Positions 10,981-23,600 of a stretch of DNA of 39,249 nucleotides are shown piece after piece; position 1 is the first letter of the stretch; every line of letters begins with the position of its first letter. Source of the stretch: Chiloscyllium plagiosum. Lineage: Eukaryota. The DNA lies in contig NC_057726.1 in the NCBI RefSeq assembly GCF_004010195.1, forward strand, positions 69,177,418 to 69,216,666. The letters are read 5' to 3'. A model generated the notes under the pieces. The model made no database searches. It saw only the letters and a program-made list of their open reading frames with translations, and was not told the origin of the DNA. The position numbers and the translations under genes were made by a program.

Positions 10981-12695
10981 GCAAAGGAATGGCTGAAATT
11001 GGGAAGAGATGGGGGAGATACTAAATGAGTATTTTGCATCAGTATTTCCTGTGGAGAAGGATATGGAAGCTAGAGATTGGGGAAATAAAGAACGATAGCT
11101 TGAAAAATGTCTGCATTCCAGAAGAGGAAGTGCTAAACATCATAAAACACATAAAGATGGATATATCCCCAGGACCTGATCAGGTGTATCCGAGGATTTT
11201 GTAGGAAGCTAGTGAAGTGATTGTTAGGCCCCTTGCTGAGATATTTGTACCATCGATAGTCACAGCTGACGTTTCTGAAGACTGGAGGTTGGCTAATGTG
11301 GTGCCACTATTTAAGAAAGTTGATAAGGAAAAGTCAGGGAACTATAGACATGGCAGCCTGATGTCAGTGGTAAGCAAGTTGTTGGAGGGGATCATGAGAG
11401 TCAGCATTTATATGTATTTGGAAAGGCAAGGATTGATTAGGGAGAGTCAACCTGGCTTTGTACTTGGGAAATCATGTCTCACTAATTTGATTGAGGTTTT
11501 TGAGGAGTAATGAAGAAGATTGACGAGGCAGAGCAGTGGACATGATCAATATGCATTTGACAAAGTTCTTCATGCTGAACTGGTTAGCAAGGTTAGGTCA
11601 CATGGAACACAAGGAGAACTAGCCATTTGGATACAGAACAGGCTCAAAGATACGAGACAGAGGGTGGCGGTGGATGGTTGCTTTTTAGATTGGAGTCCTG
11701 TGACCAACAGTGTGTTACAAAGAAAGGTGTTGAGTTCACTGCTTTTCATCATTTATAATAATGATTTAGATGTGAATATAGGAGGAATACTTTGTATGTT
11801 TGCACATGACACCAAAATTGGAGGTGTACTGGACTGTGAAGAAGGTTACCTCAGAGTACAATGGGACCTTGATCAGATGGACCAATGAGCTGAGGCATGG
11901 CTGATGGAGTTTAATGTTAATATATATGAAGTGCTGCATTTTGGGAATCAGGGCAGGATTTATACACTTAATGGTAAAATCCTAGTAAGGTTGCTCACCA
12001 ACTAGTCCTTGGAATGCAGGTTCATAATTCCTTGAAATTGGAGTTACAGGGTAGATAGGATAGTGACGAAGGTGTTTTATATGCTTGCCTTTAATGATCA
12101 TTGCATTGAGTACAGGAATTTATAGGTAATGTTATGGCTGTACAGGTCATTTGTTCGGCCAGTTTTAGAATACTGTGTTCAATTCTGGTCTTCCAGCAAT
12201 ATGAAGGATGATGTGAAACTTGAAAGGTTTCACAAAAGGATGTTGACAGGGTTGGAGTGTTTGAGATATAGGGAGTGGGTGAATAGGCTGAGGCTGTTTT
12301 CCCAGGAGTATCCGAGACTGAGGGGTGACCATTTTGAGGTTTATAAAATCATGGATAGATTGAATAGTCAAGGTCTTCAATCCATGGTAGGGGAGTCCAA
12401 AATTAGAGGGCATAGGTTTACAGCGATAGGGGAAAGATTTGAAAGGGACCTCAGGGACAACATTTTCAAGCAGAGGATGGTCCGTGTATGTCATGTGCTG
12501 CCAGAGGAAGTGATGGAGGCTAGTTCAATTACAGCATTTAAAATACAACTGGTTGGGGATTTGAACAGGAAGAGTTTAGAGGATATGGCCAAATGCCACC
12601 AAATGGGACTAGATTGATTTAGGAAATGTGGTCAGCATAGATGGATTGAACCAAAGGGTCTGTTTCCATGCTGTACAGCTCTATGCCTCTATGAC
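10980..12695 (+). mobile_element. CR1 LINE, 5'-truncated, RT to 3' end
   Basis: DWRLANVVPLFKK, SCLTNL, AFDKVLH, FAHDTK (degenerate FADD), LEYCVQFWS, RLRGD; ends in a ctctatg/ctatgact tail. Confidence 0.9.
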
Positions 12696-13189
12696 TTTGT
12701 ACCTGTTTGTAGCATCTATCACCATGAGGTACCTTATTACAAAGTTAAATTTGAAGCCATTGACCTTGATTCTCAATCTAAGTTGTTTTTGGAGTTTCTT
12801 CTCCATTGTGTGCTTGTCGTTTTAATTGCAGGGGCTTATGTTAATGATATTTCCAAATGGTGGCATCGTTAAAAGACTTTTCGAGTCTCCATGTATTGAT
12901 CAATAAGTACCTTCATCAAGCTACTCACATAACTTATTAAAGAGTTCAGGTAATTTAATAATATCCAAGGTGTTATTAATAATCAGTGTTCAATTTCATT
13001 TCTCAGCATGTATATTCATCCTTCCGAAATATCCTGTGTTAAAGTGTTTAACAATTTTCATTCTGAAATGGCTGACTGGTATGTAGTTACTTGACTGAAA
13101 TTTCTCCAAAAATTACATAATAAATCTACCTGAATATCATTTGATAGCAATCCGATAGATGGAGAAGATGACCGCAATTGAAACCCAGG

Positions 13190-13487
13190 TCATCTATACA
13201 ATGGTATCAGAGAAAGGATCCAATGGCACAGCCTGAGAGTAAAGGGAAGACCTTTTTGAATGGCGAGAAGGAGAAACGTCTTCAGCCAGAGAGTGGTGAA
13301 TCTATGGCTGTGGAAGGCTGTGGAGGCCAGATCAATGAATATGATTAAGACTGAGATAGATAGGTTCTTGGGTATCAAGGGGATCAAGAGTTATGGCGTG
13401 AAAGCAGGAGAATGGGGTTCAGCCATGATTTGATGGGCTGAATGGTCTAATTTTTGTTTTATATCTTATAGTCTTATGGTCTTATGT
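13190..13487 (+). mobile_element. CR1 3' end fragment
   Basis: ttcagccagagagtggtgaatctatgg...gagatagataggttcttg, with a (tcttatgg)n tail. Confidence 0.7.
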
Positions 13488-14423
13488 TCCTGTTTGGTCT
13501 ATTTGATGCCACTTGCTAGAATACCCTGCTCACAGTCTGTGATTAACCTCCATATAATTTAATTTCCACATTAACCAAACATTCTTCCAATTTAATTTTC
13601 TGCACAGAGGTACTAGTGTGGGGAGCAGCGTTTTCCAGATAGAGAAAGCCAGCAGGCATCTATGCACTTATATATCTTGAACAAAAAGGATAAGACAGAG
13701 GAGACAATGGCACAGTGATGCAGGCTCAGGGACTGACCATGACAGTGTTCAGATTTTAATGTCCATGTCCTTTATTCAAATCTATGCTCAGTAATGGTTA
13801 CCACGAATTGTTGATTGTCACAAATTGACATGATTCTCAAATGGACTTGAGGGAAGGAACTCAATCATCTTTCTCTGGTCTGACCTACACGTATTCAAAC
13901 CAAACAGTGAGTGATTGACTTCTATCCACTTTCAAGAGATATTAGGAATATGCTGCAAATGCTGAGTGCCCAGTGACATCATCAACCTTTTTGCAACTGA
14001 AATAAGAACAAACCCTCATGATTAAAGTATGGCAACGAGTGAATTAAATATTCATATTAAGGCAAATTGGTTTTTTTTCATTCCTAATTGGACATTTTTT
14101 CTTCATGCTGCCACAATAATGTTGAAAATTGGAAGGAAGAATGAAATTGACCAAGTAAGTTCCTGTGAGTTGATGGTTTAAACGTTTTATTTCAGAAATA
14201 TACATGGAGTCCCTGCAGACACGGACCATCTCAGACCTCCAGATAAAGTGAAAGACTTAGGTGACTGCATCAGCACACTTTCAAGGAATGTACCAGACCT
14301 GAACCACAGAGAACAACAGGGAGAGTGCCTCACACCTGATGACCAGATTTTCTTCTCGGATTGTTAGTTGGATTGTCTAATTCGATTGTTAGGTCTTGAA
14401 AACTGTTTTTTTTTGTGCAACAG

Positions 14424-14735
14424 CCTCTCACAATTCTCAGTTGATGGTGAGACAAGATCGAGAGTGCGCTGTCACCAGAGGCGCCTTGGTTAAACTTTAT
14501 TGCATTTTCCCCATCTTTCAAGACAAGAAGCCAGTGAAAGTGCAGTGGTGCAGAGATGGGAGAGATGGGTTCTTGGAGGAAATTTTGGACCACAAGATCC
14601 AGCTTTTTTCCCTCAATTGGGGAGGAGCTGTCTTACAACTGGCGGATATAAGATTGGAGGACGCTGGGGTTTATTACTGCAGAGTGACACACAATGTGGC
14701 TGCAAACGGAACCGGCACCAACCTGGTCGTGTTCG
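14424..14735 (+). CDS. Receptor gene B: single-exon VJ-type Ig V domain (germline-joined J motif)
   Basis: tttttgtgcaacag|CC...TTCG|gtaagg, phase 1-1; VKLYC...VQW...LQL..IRLEDAGVYYC...NGTGTNLVV (J-like GxGTxLxV). Confidence 0.92.
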
Positions 14736-14869
14736 GTAAGGATCAAGGAGAAGGGAAAATACTGCGTTCGTTGTGCAATTGGATTTAAGGCATTAATCGG
14801 AATAATTTTTAAAGTGCGGATCTAATCTACAAAGAAAGAATTTGTAATTTTTTGTTCCGATTTTAACAC

Positions 14870-15290
14870 CATAAGACGGAGGTGCGGGGGTAGACCGTTT
14901 GGGTCTGCTCCGCCAGTCAATGCCATCATCGCTGATCGGATCATCCCCAGTTCTACTTTCCCGCCTTTTCTCGATGGGCCTTGAACTAGTCAGCAATCAA
15001 AAATCTGTCTATCCCAGCATGGAATGTACTTACAAACCAAATCTCAACCACATGCTGCGGAAAATAATTCTGCATATTCTCGACCCTGTGACAGAACAGT
15101 TTCCACCTTATTTCTGTCTTAAATTAGCGACCTCTTATTCTGAGGTGTTGCTCTCTGGTCCCAGTCTCTCCCACAAGGGGACACAATTTTTCTGCATTTA
15201 TAATGTAAATCCTCCAAGAATCGGCTAAAATTCCATAAAGTCGCCTCTCAATCCTCTATACTTCACGCGCACAAACCCAGTCTGGCCCTT
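14870..15290 (-). mobile_element. CR1 3' fragment
   Basis: aacaccataagac start and gacctcttattctgaggtgttgctctctggtcccagtctctcccacaagggga, as in reversed CR1 3' ends. Confidence 0.55.
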
Positions 15291-15969
15291 GTTATTAGAG
15301 GTGGCCTCCAACAGATACCTCGTTGAAGAAATGCGAGGTTCCAAATGAACACGAGAACGAATTTACTGAAACTTCACATGTACTTCCACCGAGTTTATTT
15401 GTTGAGTGAAAGTTTAACTCAGTTTATAATATCCACTTCCTGTGTTTTGAGTGAGGAATTTTTGTTGTGTTGTCAAAAGTGATCTCCTTAAATATTGGAA
15501 CACAATGATCCTATTCCCGGAAAGAAAATTGCACTGAATGACTGCACATCTTAAAATTGGAACAAACATTCGAAATATAATGCTTTGTATATCTGAGTAC
15601 TTGAGGAAAATGTGAAAATATTAAGACAACGAAATAAGCAATTCATTAATTTCAGGGATTGACACGAAGGCATTTGCCAATGCAAAATTTAAAACAACAA
15701 TTACACTCTATGATGTTAAAACTGCGATATTCGTTAGAACGTTTCCCCTTTAAACGTTTGTAATTCGGCGCTGATGAACATTTCCGCTTTTTCTTCGAAA
15801 TGAACCAGCAGATTGTTTTAAACTGTGAGGTATCCCCTATTAAACACTGATTTAATTGCATGATCTTTATGGTTTTCTTGTTCTGCTTGACCTTGTGGTA
15901 GAATTTGCTTCACATTTTTCAAATTAAATGTAGGCTTCAAAACAAACGTTTCCTTTTCTTTTTGTTTAG

Positions 15970-16272
15970 TCCCTCCTACTCCACTCAAACTGGTCAAACT
16001 GCTGGAGGACGGCTCAGCTTTCCCTCTAACTCTTCTTTGCACAACTGCTGAGTTTTACCCAGACAACCTGAATATCACTTGGTACAAAAATGATTCAGAA
16101 ATTGCAACCGGGATGGAACATGTCAAACTGCAGAATTCCATCGGCCTCTATGAGGTTTCCAGCAACCTGACTGAGACAGAACCCGTTCAGAGCGGTACCG
16201 TTTACACTTGTCAAGTGTCTCACATCTCACTGCAGACGCCAATGTCAGCTACATTTTCAATAAATAGGGTAG
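15970..16272 (+). CDS. Receptor gene B: Ig C1-set domain exon
   Basis: ttttgtttag|TC; VPPTPLKL...LTLLCTTAEFYPDNLNITWYKND...LYEVSS...VYTCQVSHISLQTP; roughly 40-45% identical to gene A C1 by hand alignment; 3' end is either 16272 (in phase) or 16268. Confidence 0.9.
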
Positions 16273-16349
16273 GTTCATTCAATTATATTAATTTCGTTGT
16301 ATTCTGATTTGCTTAGAAAACGAGCATACCACCAATCCCGCTTTGCAAC

Positions 16350-17320
16350 AAGAGACTGTGATGGGTGAGGGGTGTTTATCCGACTAAACGTCAATTTTTA
16401 TCGGGGTATCCCAGAGAGGTGAGTGTGGGGTTCCTTGCTGTTTGTAGATTATAGAAAAGATTTAGACTTGAATCAGTAACTTCTCAGATGACACAGAATT
16501 TGGTGGGTCAGTTAATAAAGAAGATAACGGCAGATTGCAAGAATGAATGAAATACAATAAAATGCTGCCATTTGTTGCCATAATCCGGCGCCATTTTGAT
16601 AGTTTAAGAATAAGAGAAAATTGATAGAGGATAGAGGGGTGTTGGTCCAATGGGCTGGATAATGTGACGTGACGTATTTGGGATGGACTAACGGACAAGG
16701 GGATACAGGACATGTTGAGCGGTATGAACTTGGAATTAGAGGGACCTTGTTGTGCATTTTCAGCCGGTTCAGCTGGTAAACGTGGTTAAGAAAATATTTA
16801 GGATACTTGCTGTTCTTAGTGGAGACATGAGTTTAAGAGAAGGGAGGCAGTAGTGGAACTGTCTGAACCGTTGTTGAAGCCACTGCTCGAGTATTGTGGA
16901 CAGTTCTGAAATCGATATTACACCAGCGATGTTATCGGGCTGGGGAGGTTGCAGAAGAGATCTACCAGGATGTTGCCTGGACAGGAGAGTTTCGCTTATG
17001 AATGGAGATTGGACAGACTTGGTATGTTTTCCTTCGAGCAGAAGAAATTGAGATGTGACATGATTGAGATGTATAAAATGATGAGGAGCGAAGATAGGGT
17101 AAACAGGAAGACAATTTTTCCCCTTGATACAGGGGTTATTGAGCAGAGAGACATCGATTGAAAGTAGAGAGGAGATGTGAGGAAAATGTTTGTTTCACCC
17201 AAAGGGTGGAACTCATTGTCTGGAAGGGCAGTACAGACAGATACTCTCAAAACATCTAAGAAGTATTTAGATTTACTTTTGCGCTGCCAGCTGCTGGGAA
17301 ATGGGATAATTTTTACATCC
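16350..17320 (+). mobile_element. Old CR1 LINE fragment
   Basis: Degenerate VQKR.TRMLPG...RLDRLGMFSFEQKKLR.D motif in ORF 16949-17161. Confidence 0.75.
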
Positions 17321-17725
17321 ATTGGTTATTTTTGCCTGATCGATTAGATCACAGATTAACTTGGTACGAGTCCATCATTTTGAGCTTTAAATTTGGTGCG
17401 TCTCATGAGGGAAGGTTATTAAGGGCCATCTGTGGAGACAAGCACTTGCAGTTGATGTTAGTTATGAGTAAATCCCCAACCACTGTTCATCTGTATTGAA
17501 AATCTATGAAAGTTGTAAGTTTCATGGGAAATTGAAAAGTATTCATCTTCTAAAAATTATATTAGGAAAGTTTCTCGGCCTCTCAGTTGCAGATGTCGTC
17601 CTGGTGTATTCGTTTCAAAGTCTCAGCTTTCTATATGCAATAAAGCATGTCTGCTCTTCGGCAATTGCATCATCGGCAGTTGGCTGCAGAGTGCCCAGGG
17701 CTCGGTTATAATAATCAAGTTCGAA

Positions 17726-17727
<2 letters not shown>

Positions 17728-17800
<73 letters not shown>
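17728..17800. repeat. Poly-G run (73 nt)
   Basis: Uninterrupted G homopolymer; possibly a sequencing or assembly artefact. Confidence 0.9.
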
Positions 17801-17801
<1 letters not shown>

Positions 17802-18589
17802 GCTCAATAACTTTGGTAATAAACTTTAAGCGTGGCTTTTTCTCGACTTCCTAATAATATTATTCGAAAGCTTAACACTGGATATGGCAATTGGAGCAGC
17901 TCATTTTGAGCAAAGACGAAATGTCGACTTTTAATAAACAGCCTGCATTAGAAAGTGCCTGAATCCAAATCAGACAAGTCAATATGAATACTCAGACATG
18001 ACAGCGTTTGATATGAAGACTATTTGTACAGATATCAGTTCTATGCAAAGGGAGGACTAATTCATGTTTCAGATGTGACATTCACTTTTCCCTGTCATGG
18101 AACTATTTAGCCTACTATATAAATATCAGGGTCGACTTTCCATTCAGAAAAGTCATTTCCAGTTTAACATTTTCCTTTTCAACTTCTTTTCTTTCCTGGA
18201 AAGGCTAGTTTTCTTCCGTGGCCTTAATGTATCCTGACTTCATTTCCCTTGCCAATGATGCCGTTGGCTCAGGTTTTGCCTTTGCAGCCTGTTTTCCCCA
18301 TACCCGAGGTTCTGTCCGTTATACTGACTCCACAATGATGGTTGAACAGTCATTAGATCCCAGTCTCAATTATATTTGAATTGGAGGCACACGCTGGAAC
18401 GTAATGGCCTTCCCAATGTAAATGTTTCCTATCTCTTCCCGATGTCTATGCTAGGTGTAAGGAATGTGCATTTGAAAGGTGTTCTTGAACCAGATAACAC
18501 GAGTTGTCGCAGTGCCTTATGTAGATTGTGCTCACTACTGTCTAATGTGTTTCCATGGCAAAGGAAGTCTTTAGGAAGGCAAAAGGTAT

Positions 18590-19210
18590 TTCGGCATTAA
18601 TTGAAAGGGGAACAGAGCATAAAAATAAATGATGCTGTGTGTGGTGATGTGCATGGGTGCAGGGGGGAGGAATTGTTGCAGCGTCAGGGATTTTTCTCGA
18701 CTTGTCAGACTGTATTCTGAATTTTAGTCTCCACAGTGGAAAAAGTGTACAATTGCTTTAAACTCAGCTCAGATAATGTCCGGTCAACTAATTCCTGATT
18801 AAAACGGTTACCACACGAGATAAGGTGATTTACCCATTTGCGTTTAGAAGGATAAGAATTGATTAGATTGAAACAGCAATGTCCTGATTAGACTTGGCCG
18901 ATTTCGGAAGGATGTTTTCACTTTTAGGAAAGACAAACGTGTGGAACACCGTTTGAGAACTTGGGGTTTTACGTTTAAGATGGATCAGTGGAGGACTTTT
19001 CTTGTAGTTAGTGTGTGGACTTAATTTCCCAGAATATGATGCTGTCTCATTTAATAGATCTCAGGCTCAATTTGATTGTTTTCTGATAGACACTGCAGTC
19101 AGTGCTAGTGAGGGTAGATTAGAATAATAAGTTCAGACCAAAGGCAGATCAGCCATGGTATTGTGAAATGTCAGGGTAGATTTCACGAACTGAATAGCTT
19201 AATTCTGTTA
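18590..19210 (+). mobile_element. Very degenerate CR1 3' fragment
   Basis: Remnants of ctgtattctgaattttagtctcc (LEYC.QFWSP-like) and cagatcagccatgg 3' UTR motif. Confidence 0.45.
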
Positions 19211-19589
19211 AGCTCTTTGCTGAATGTAATGGGTGTTACTGTATAAGGTGATCGATGGGATGCTGTTCAATCGTCCTGGATGAATTACAGATGCTTATTT
19301 GCTGCTGATTCTCAACTTGACAAACGGAAAGGGTTCTGTCACTCTTGTTGACTGTTCATTGCAGTTAAAGGACAGGATTTGGGGGAGTCCGGAATTGAGT
19401 TTCTAGCTGTGGTATTCCCATTGCTGCGGTGTACCTGGTTTCGTTTGACACAGCGTTTATAGGGCAGTCAATGGTTTTAATTCAATTCGTGGTCAATAAT
19501 AACACAGAATATTAATGGTGGTTATTCCACTGAGAGTCGAGCTATTTAAACTAAGGGAAACTTGCTAATCAGATTACCTAAACCTACCT

Positions 19590-19875
19590 CCCGATCATTT
19601 ATGTACATCACAAACAACAGCAGTCCCAACACGAATCCCTGTGGAACACTACTCGTCACACTCCTCCATTTTGAGAAACTCCTTTCCTCTGCTACTGTCA
19701 GCTGCTCTCCAGTCAGTTCCCTACCCAGTAGCTAGCACGCCCTGGAACCCATGGGACTTCACTTTCTCCATCAGCCGACTGTGGGGAACCTTATCAAACC
19801 CCTTATTGAAGTCATTGTTTATAGCATCTACTGCCCTTCCCCCAGAAATCAACTTCGTCACTTCCTCAAAGATGA
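19590..19875 (-). mobile_element. CR1 RT fragment
   Basis: Reverse complement encodes FNKGFDKVPHSRL and VTSSVPQGFVLG.LLFV. Confidence 0.7.
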
Positions 19876-21209
19876 ACGATACGTTCCATATCTTACTCAA
19901 GCCTGAATGCTTTCCAAATACTTCTGCATTTAGACATTAAAGGATTCAATATCTAAAGGTAGTAGTGCATTTTAGAAATTGCCAGCGAACTGACATAATA
20001 ATGGGAGTTAAGTCATTGATGCAACAGTTTAAAATGATTATTTCAAAAACAGTGAGTTGATGGCATACAGCTGTTATATCCTGCAGTTGAACAGATTCGC
20101 CTCCGACAAAAATAACGTCACGCCTTTGTCTTACAAATACCAGTGTGGGGAGGGGTAGCTACGTTCTCCCGTTCAAGTATTACTGTTGGATTTTGTGCGA
20201 TCTCCTGAAGTCCTTCTCGATGAAATAAACCCCAGATTCCTAGTTCAGACTCGTTGCCCTCGCAATTGTGATTCAGCTCTAACATCCAGTTTTGGATAAA
20301 GGTTATCATGACTCTGGAGCACAGTGCAATTCGGAGACACTGCCTAACATCAGTGCGTGGGGTTTTGAGAATGGTGCTGTTGTTGATGACTCTGCGTCAA
20401 GTGGTTATTTTCTTCCCCACCATTATTAATCCTTCGTTGTACCATGACTGCATAATGTTTTCTGATTTGCTCGTTGTGGGATTAATTATCCCATCCTTGG
20501 TATGTTGTTGTAATGTCATCTGTTAGATGTATTATTTTTAACCATGAATATGCTGCTTCTGTTAATTCCTATTGGCTCAGAGTTGATAACCAGGCTTGAT
20601 TTGTTTTTTTTTTCCCTGAATGGAGTAGCTGAATCTACAAATTGTAACGGAGTACAATTTTCCGGATGCTGACTATTCCCAGCGCTTTATGATTGTCCAG
20701 TTTGGAACCATCCCATATTTCATGAAAGCATTTTAACGTAATATAGATCAAATAGACTGAAATTAAGGAACTTTATTTTCACATGGCGGAATGTCGTGGA
20801 TCTACATGTCTAAATGACGTTAGACATTTCTTCCTTGGCAGTTCTTCAGCTTTGCTGACGATTTCGAGCAGATGATTGTTGACTCCCCATTATTTTCATA
20901 TTTCAGATCCATAGCTCTTTGCTCGAGATAATGTTTTCCTTGAACGGATTGGATGGCGCAAGCAAAAGTGAGACTGCGAATTTATGTGTAAATGATCAGG
21001 CCAAAAACCCCTGGATACAATTTGTTTTCTTGCAGTGACTTTAGATGCCAAACCAGAATTGTCAGACGAAATATGTCAGTATCTCGATAGCACAAAGCTT
21101 AAACGTCATCAAAATAAATCAAAAAAGATGAGTAACCACTGGAATGATGTGGGATTTATTACTATTCGATAATGCTGTGAACGTGTTGAAATTACTGTTA
21201 TCTTCACAG

Positions 21210-21311
21210 ATCATGTCGGGAACAATAACATCTCTTCTCTAACGTTTTTCCGTTGTTTGGGAGTTGGATTGATTTTCCACCTCATCGTTACATGCAAACT
21301 CATACGAATCG
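21210..21311 (+). CDS. Receptor gene B: transmembrane exon containing Arg
   Basis: tcttcacag|AT...ATCG|gtaaga, 102 bp, phase 1-1; DHVGNNNISSLTFFRCLGVGLIFHLIVTCKLIRIG; shares GNNN and CxxxGL with the gene A TM exon. Confidence 0.75.
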
Positions 21312-21751
21312 GTAAGAATGTTAAATGTTAAAACAGGAGATAATGCTCATTAAGTACGCTGTTCCACGTGGTATTTTCAATTTAAAGGCACTGAATCAGT
21401 TCATGATATCGTCAACTGGTAGGATCACTCAAATGGAAGCATAGAACATAGAATTGCAGAGTATAGCAGCAAACCCTTCGGCCTATCAAGTCGGTGCCGA
21501 TCATGATGCCATGAAAAACGAATCTCATGTGTCTGCACATGGTCTATGTTCCTCTGTTCTCTGGGTGATGGAACACAACTCGGCACTGCACAGGAAGAAG
21601 GAAGTTTAAATTGCTGCCTGAACCGAGAATTCTATAAGCCGCCTATTTCCACCCTCCTCTCTGTGACTTCTCAGTTTGGGATTGCAGCAACATTAACTGA
21701 TGTTAATGTCATGGTTTACATTAAATACAACAAATTGTTTCACAATTTAAC

Positions 21752-22004
21752 CTGCGAGTTGTGTCCAGATTTTAACCAATCTATATCATGGGATTTGTTC
21801 TTGACGCCGATGCTTTTGGAGCAAGTGCCTGTGATATTATTTGTAACATTTTCATGCGTAGTTGCAACAGAATTAAAGTACATCTGCGAGTTTTAACCAA
21901 TCTATATCATGGGATTTGTTCTTGACGCCGATGCTTTTGGAGCAAGTGCCTGTGATATTATTTGTAACATTTTCATACGTAGTTGCAACAGAATTAATGT
22001 ACAT
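21752..22004. repeat. Tandem duplication (114-bp core, period 121)
   Basis: 21770-21883 vs 21891-22004 differ at 2 positions; ctgcgagtt occurs at 21752 and 21884. Confidence 0.95.
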
Positions 22005-22029
22005 TTTGTCTGATTTACTTCTCATTTAG

Positions 22030-22073
22030 GAACACGCAGAAAACTGAAAGAGTGTAATCAGCGCAATGAGCAG
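22030..22073 (+). CDS. Receptor gene B: 44-bp cytoplasmic exon
   Basis: ttctcatttag|GAACAC...GAGCAG|gtaggc, phase 1-0, GTRRKLKECNQRNEQ; paralogue of 5823-5866. Confidence 0.72.
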
Positions 22074-22884
22074 GTAGGCCACTGGCAGCAACTATTTAAG
22101 CTGTTTGGGCTGGCATTTCCAAAAAGCGATCTCTTTACCATTGTGTCAATTCCCTGCATGTTTGCAAGTCTAAAAGGGTATGTTACAATTAGATAAAATG
22201 TGACGGTATAATAATGTCTTTCAATGCAGAAGGCAGGTTGCAAAGGACCGGTTGGGTCAAAAGTTAAAAACATCAGCAACATTATTTTGAATATAGTTAA
22301 TAGTTTGAGAGGACCACAATAATTCCTTGAGACTAAAGGACTAAGGGACTTAACGAGACAGTAAGGTGAAAAATTACCAAGGTGATTGATATAGTATGTA
22401 ATCAAAGGTATGATCTGTTGCACAGAATGACATGTTTCAGTGATGGGAATTTAAGCAAAATATATTGATGAATGAGGGAGTATAATTAGGAGACGGCCGG
22501 CAAGCATTGAGAAAGAAAACCTTCATCTCGACGGTGAAAGGATCAAGAGAATCTATAGTCATGGACGAGGCAAAAAAATACAGCAAACCATTCTATTCCT
22601 CAAGTAATATAGAATTAAATGATTAAATTGAAACTAAAAAAGTAAATCATCAATAACAGTCAGTTATTGATGATGAAAAAGTCAGTTGGCCGAATTAGAA
22701 ATGATGCGACAGAACCGGATCCTAATGCGAAAACTTGAAGATTAAGGCGATCTGTAAAGAGTTGAACATTCAGGAAATTAATACTGCATCTTAAGAATGA
22801 ATGGAGTCAAATCTTGTAATCCCGTCTACAATTGCAAGTAAGAAAATAATAGTTCAACCTGTTCTATTTACAGAACAAAAACGA

Positions 22885-23600
22885 CATGGGATTCATTTTG
22901 GAAGGTCGAATTTGAATGCAGAATACAGGGTTAAAGACAGGATTCTTGACAGTGTAGAGCAACAGAGGGACCTTTGGCTCCATGTTCATAGATCCGTCAT
23001 AGATAGGGTTGTTAATAAAGCATGTGAGGTATTGGCTTTCATTAGCAGGGGCATTGAGTTTAAGAGCCGCGAGGTTATGTTACAGCTCTATAGAACTCTG
23101 GTTAGAACACAGTTGGAATACTGCGTCCACTTATGGTCACCTCATTATAGGAAGGCTGTGGAAGCTTTAGAGAGAGTGCAGAGGAGATTTACAAGGCTGC
23201 TGCCTGGAATGGAGAGCATGTCTTATGAAGAAAGGTTGAGGGAGCTAAGGCTTTTCTCATGGGAGTGAAGAAGTGTGAGAGGTGACTTGATAGGGGTGTA
23301 CAAGATGATGAGAGGCATAGATAGAGTGAATAGTCAGAGATTTTTCTCGAAGGGCAGAACAAGGGGACATAATTTTAAGATGAATGGAGGAAGGTTTAGG
23401 GGAGATGTCAAAGGTCGGTTATTTACACAGTGGTAGTAGTCAGATACATAGAGGACATTTTAGCGACTCTTGGATAGGCACATCGATTACAGTAAATGAA
23501 GAGTACATAGTTAGTTTGATCTTTGAGAAGGATAAAAGATCGACACAACATCAAGGGCCGAAGAGCCTGTACTGTGCTGTACTGTTCTATGTTCTATTTT
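22885..23600 (+). mobile_element. CR1 LINE 3' fragment
   Basis: IHFGRSN...LYRTLVRTQLEYCVHLWSPHY...LERVQRRFTRLLPGM; (gttctat)n tail. Confidence 0.9.

Noticed and set aside
12789-12840. Signal-peptide-like LEFLLHCVLVVLIAGAY as the gene B leader
   Set aside because: No nearby in-frame ATG, and the available GT donor is phase 0 while the V exon needs phase 1; leader left unassigned.
14119-14160. Perfect gtaagt donor upstream of the V exon
   Set aside because: Upstream ATG frames are non-hydrophobic and give phase 0 or 2.
14690-14698. Overlapping RSS-heptamer-like CACAATG / CAATGTG at the V/J junction
   Set aside because: No nonamer at 12 or 23 nt on either side (best match GGTTTATTA is at 15 nt); explained by His-Asn-Val codons.
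17647-17829. Poly-Gly ORF
   Set aside because: Artefact of the poly-G run.
21036-21074. Possible 39-bp phase 1-1 stalk exon (TLDAKPELSDEI)
   Set aside because: Weak donor context and no counterpart in gene A; cannot be supported without transcripts.
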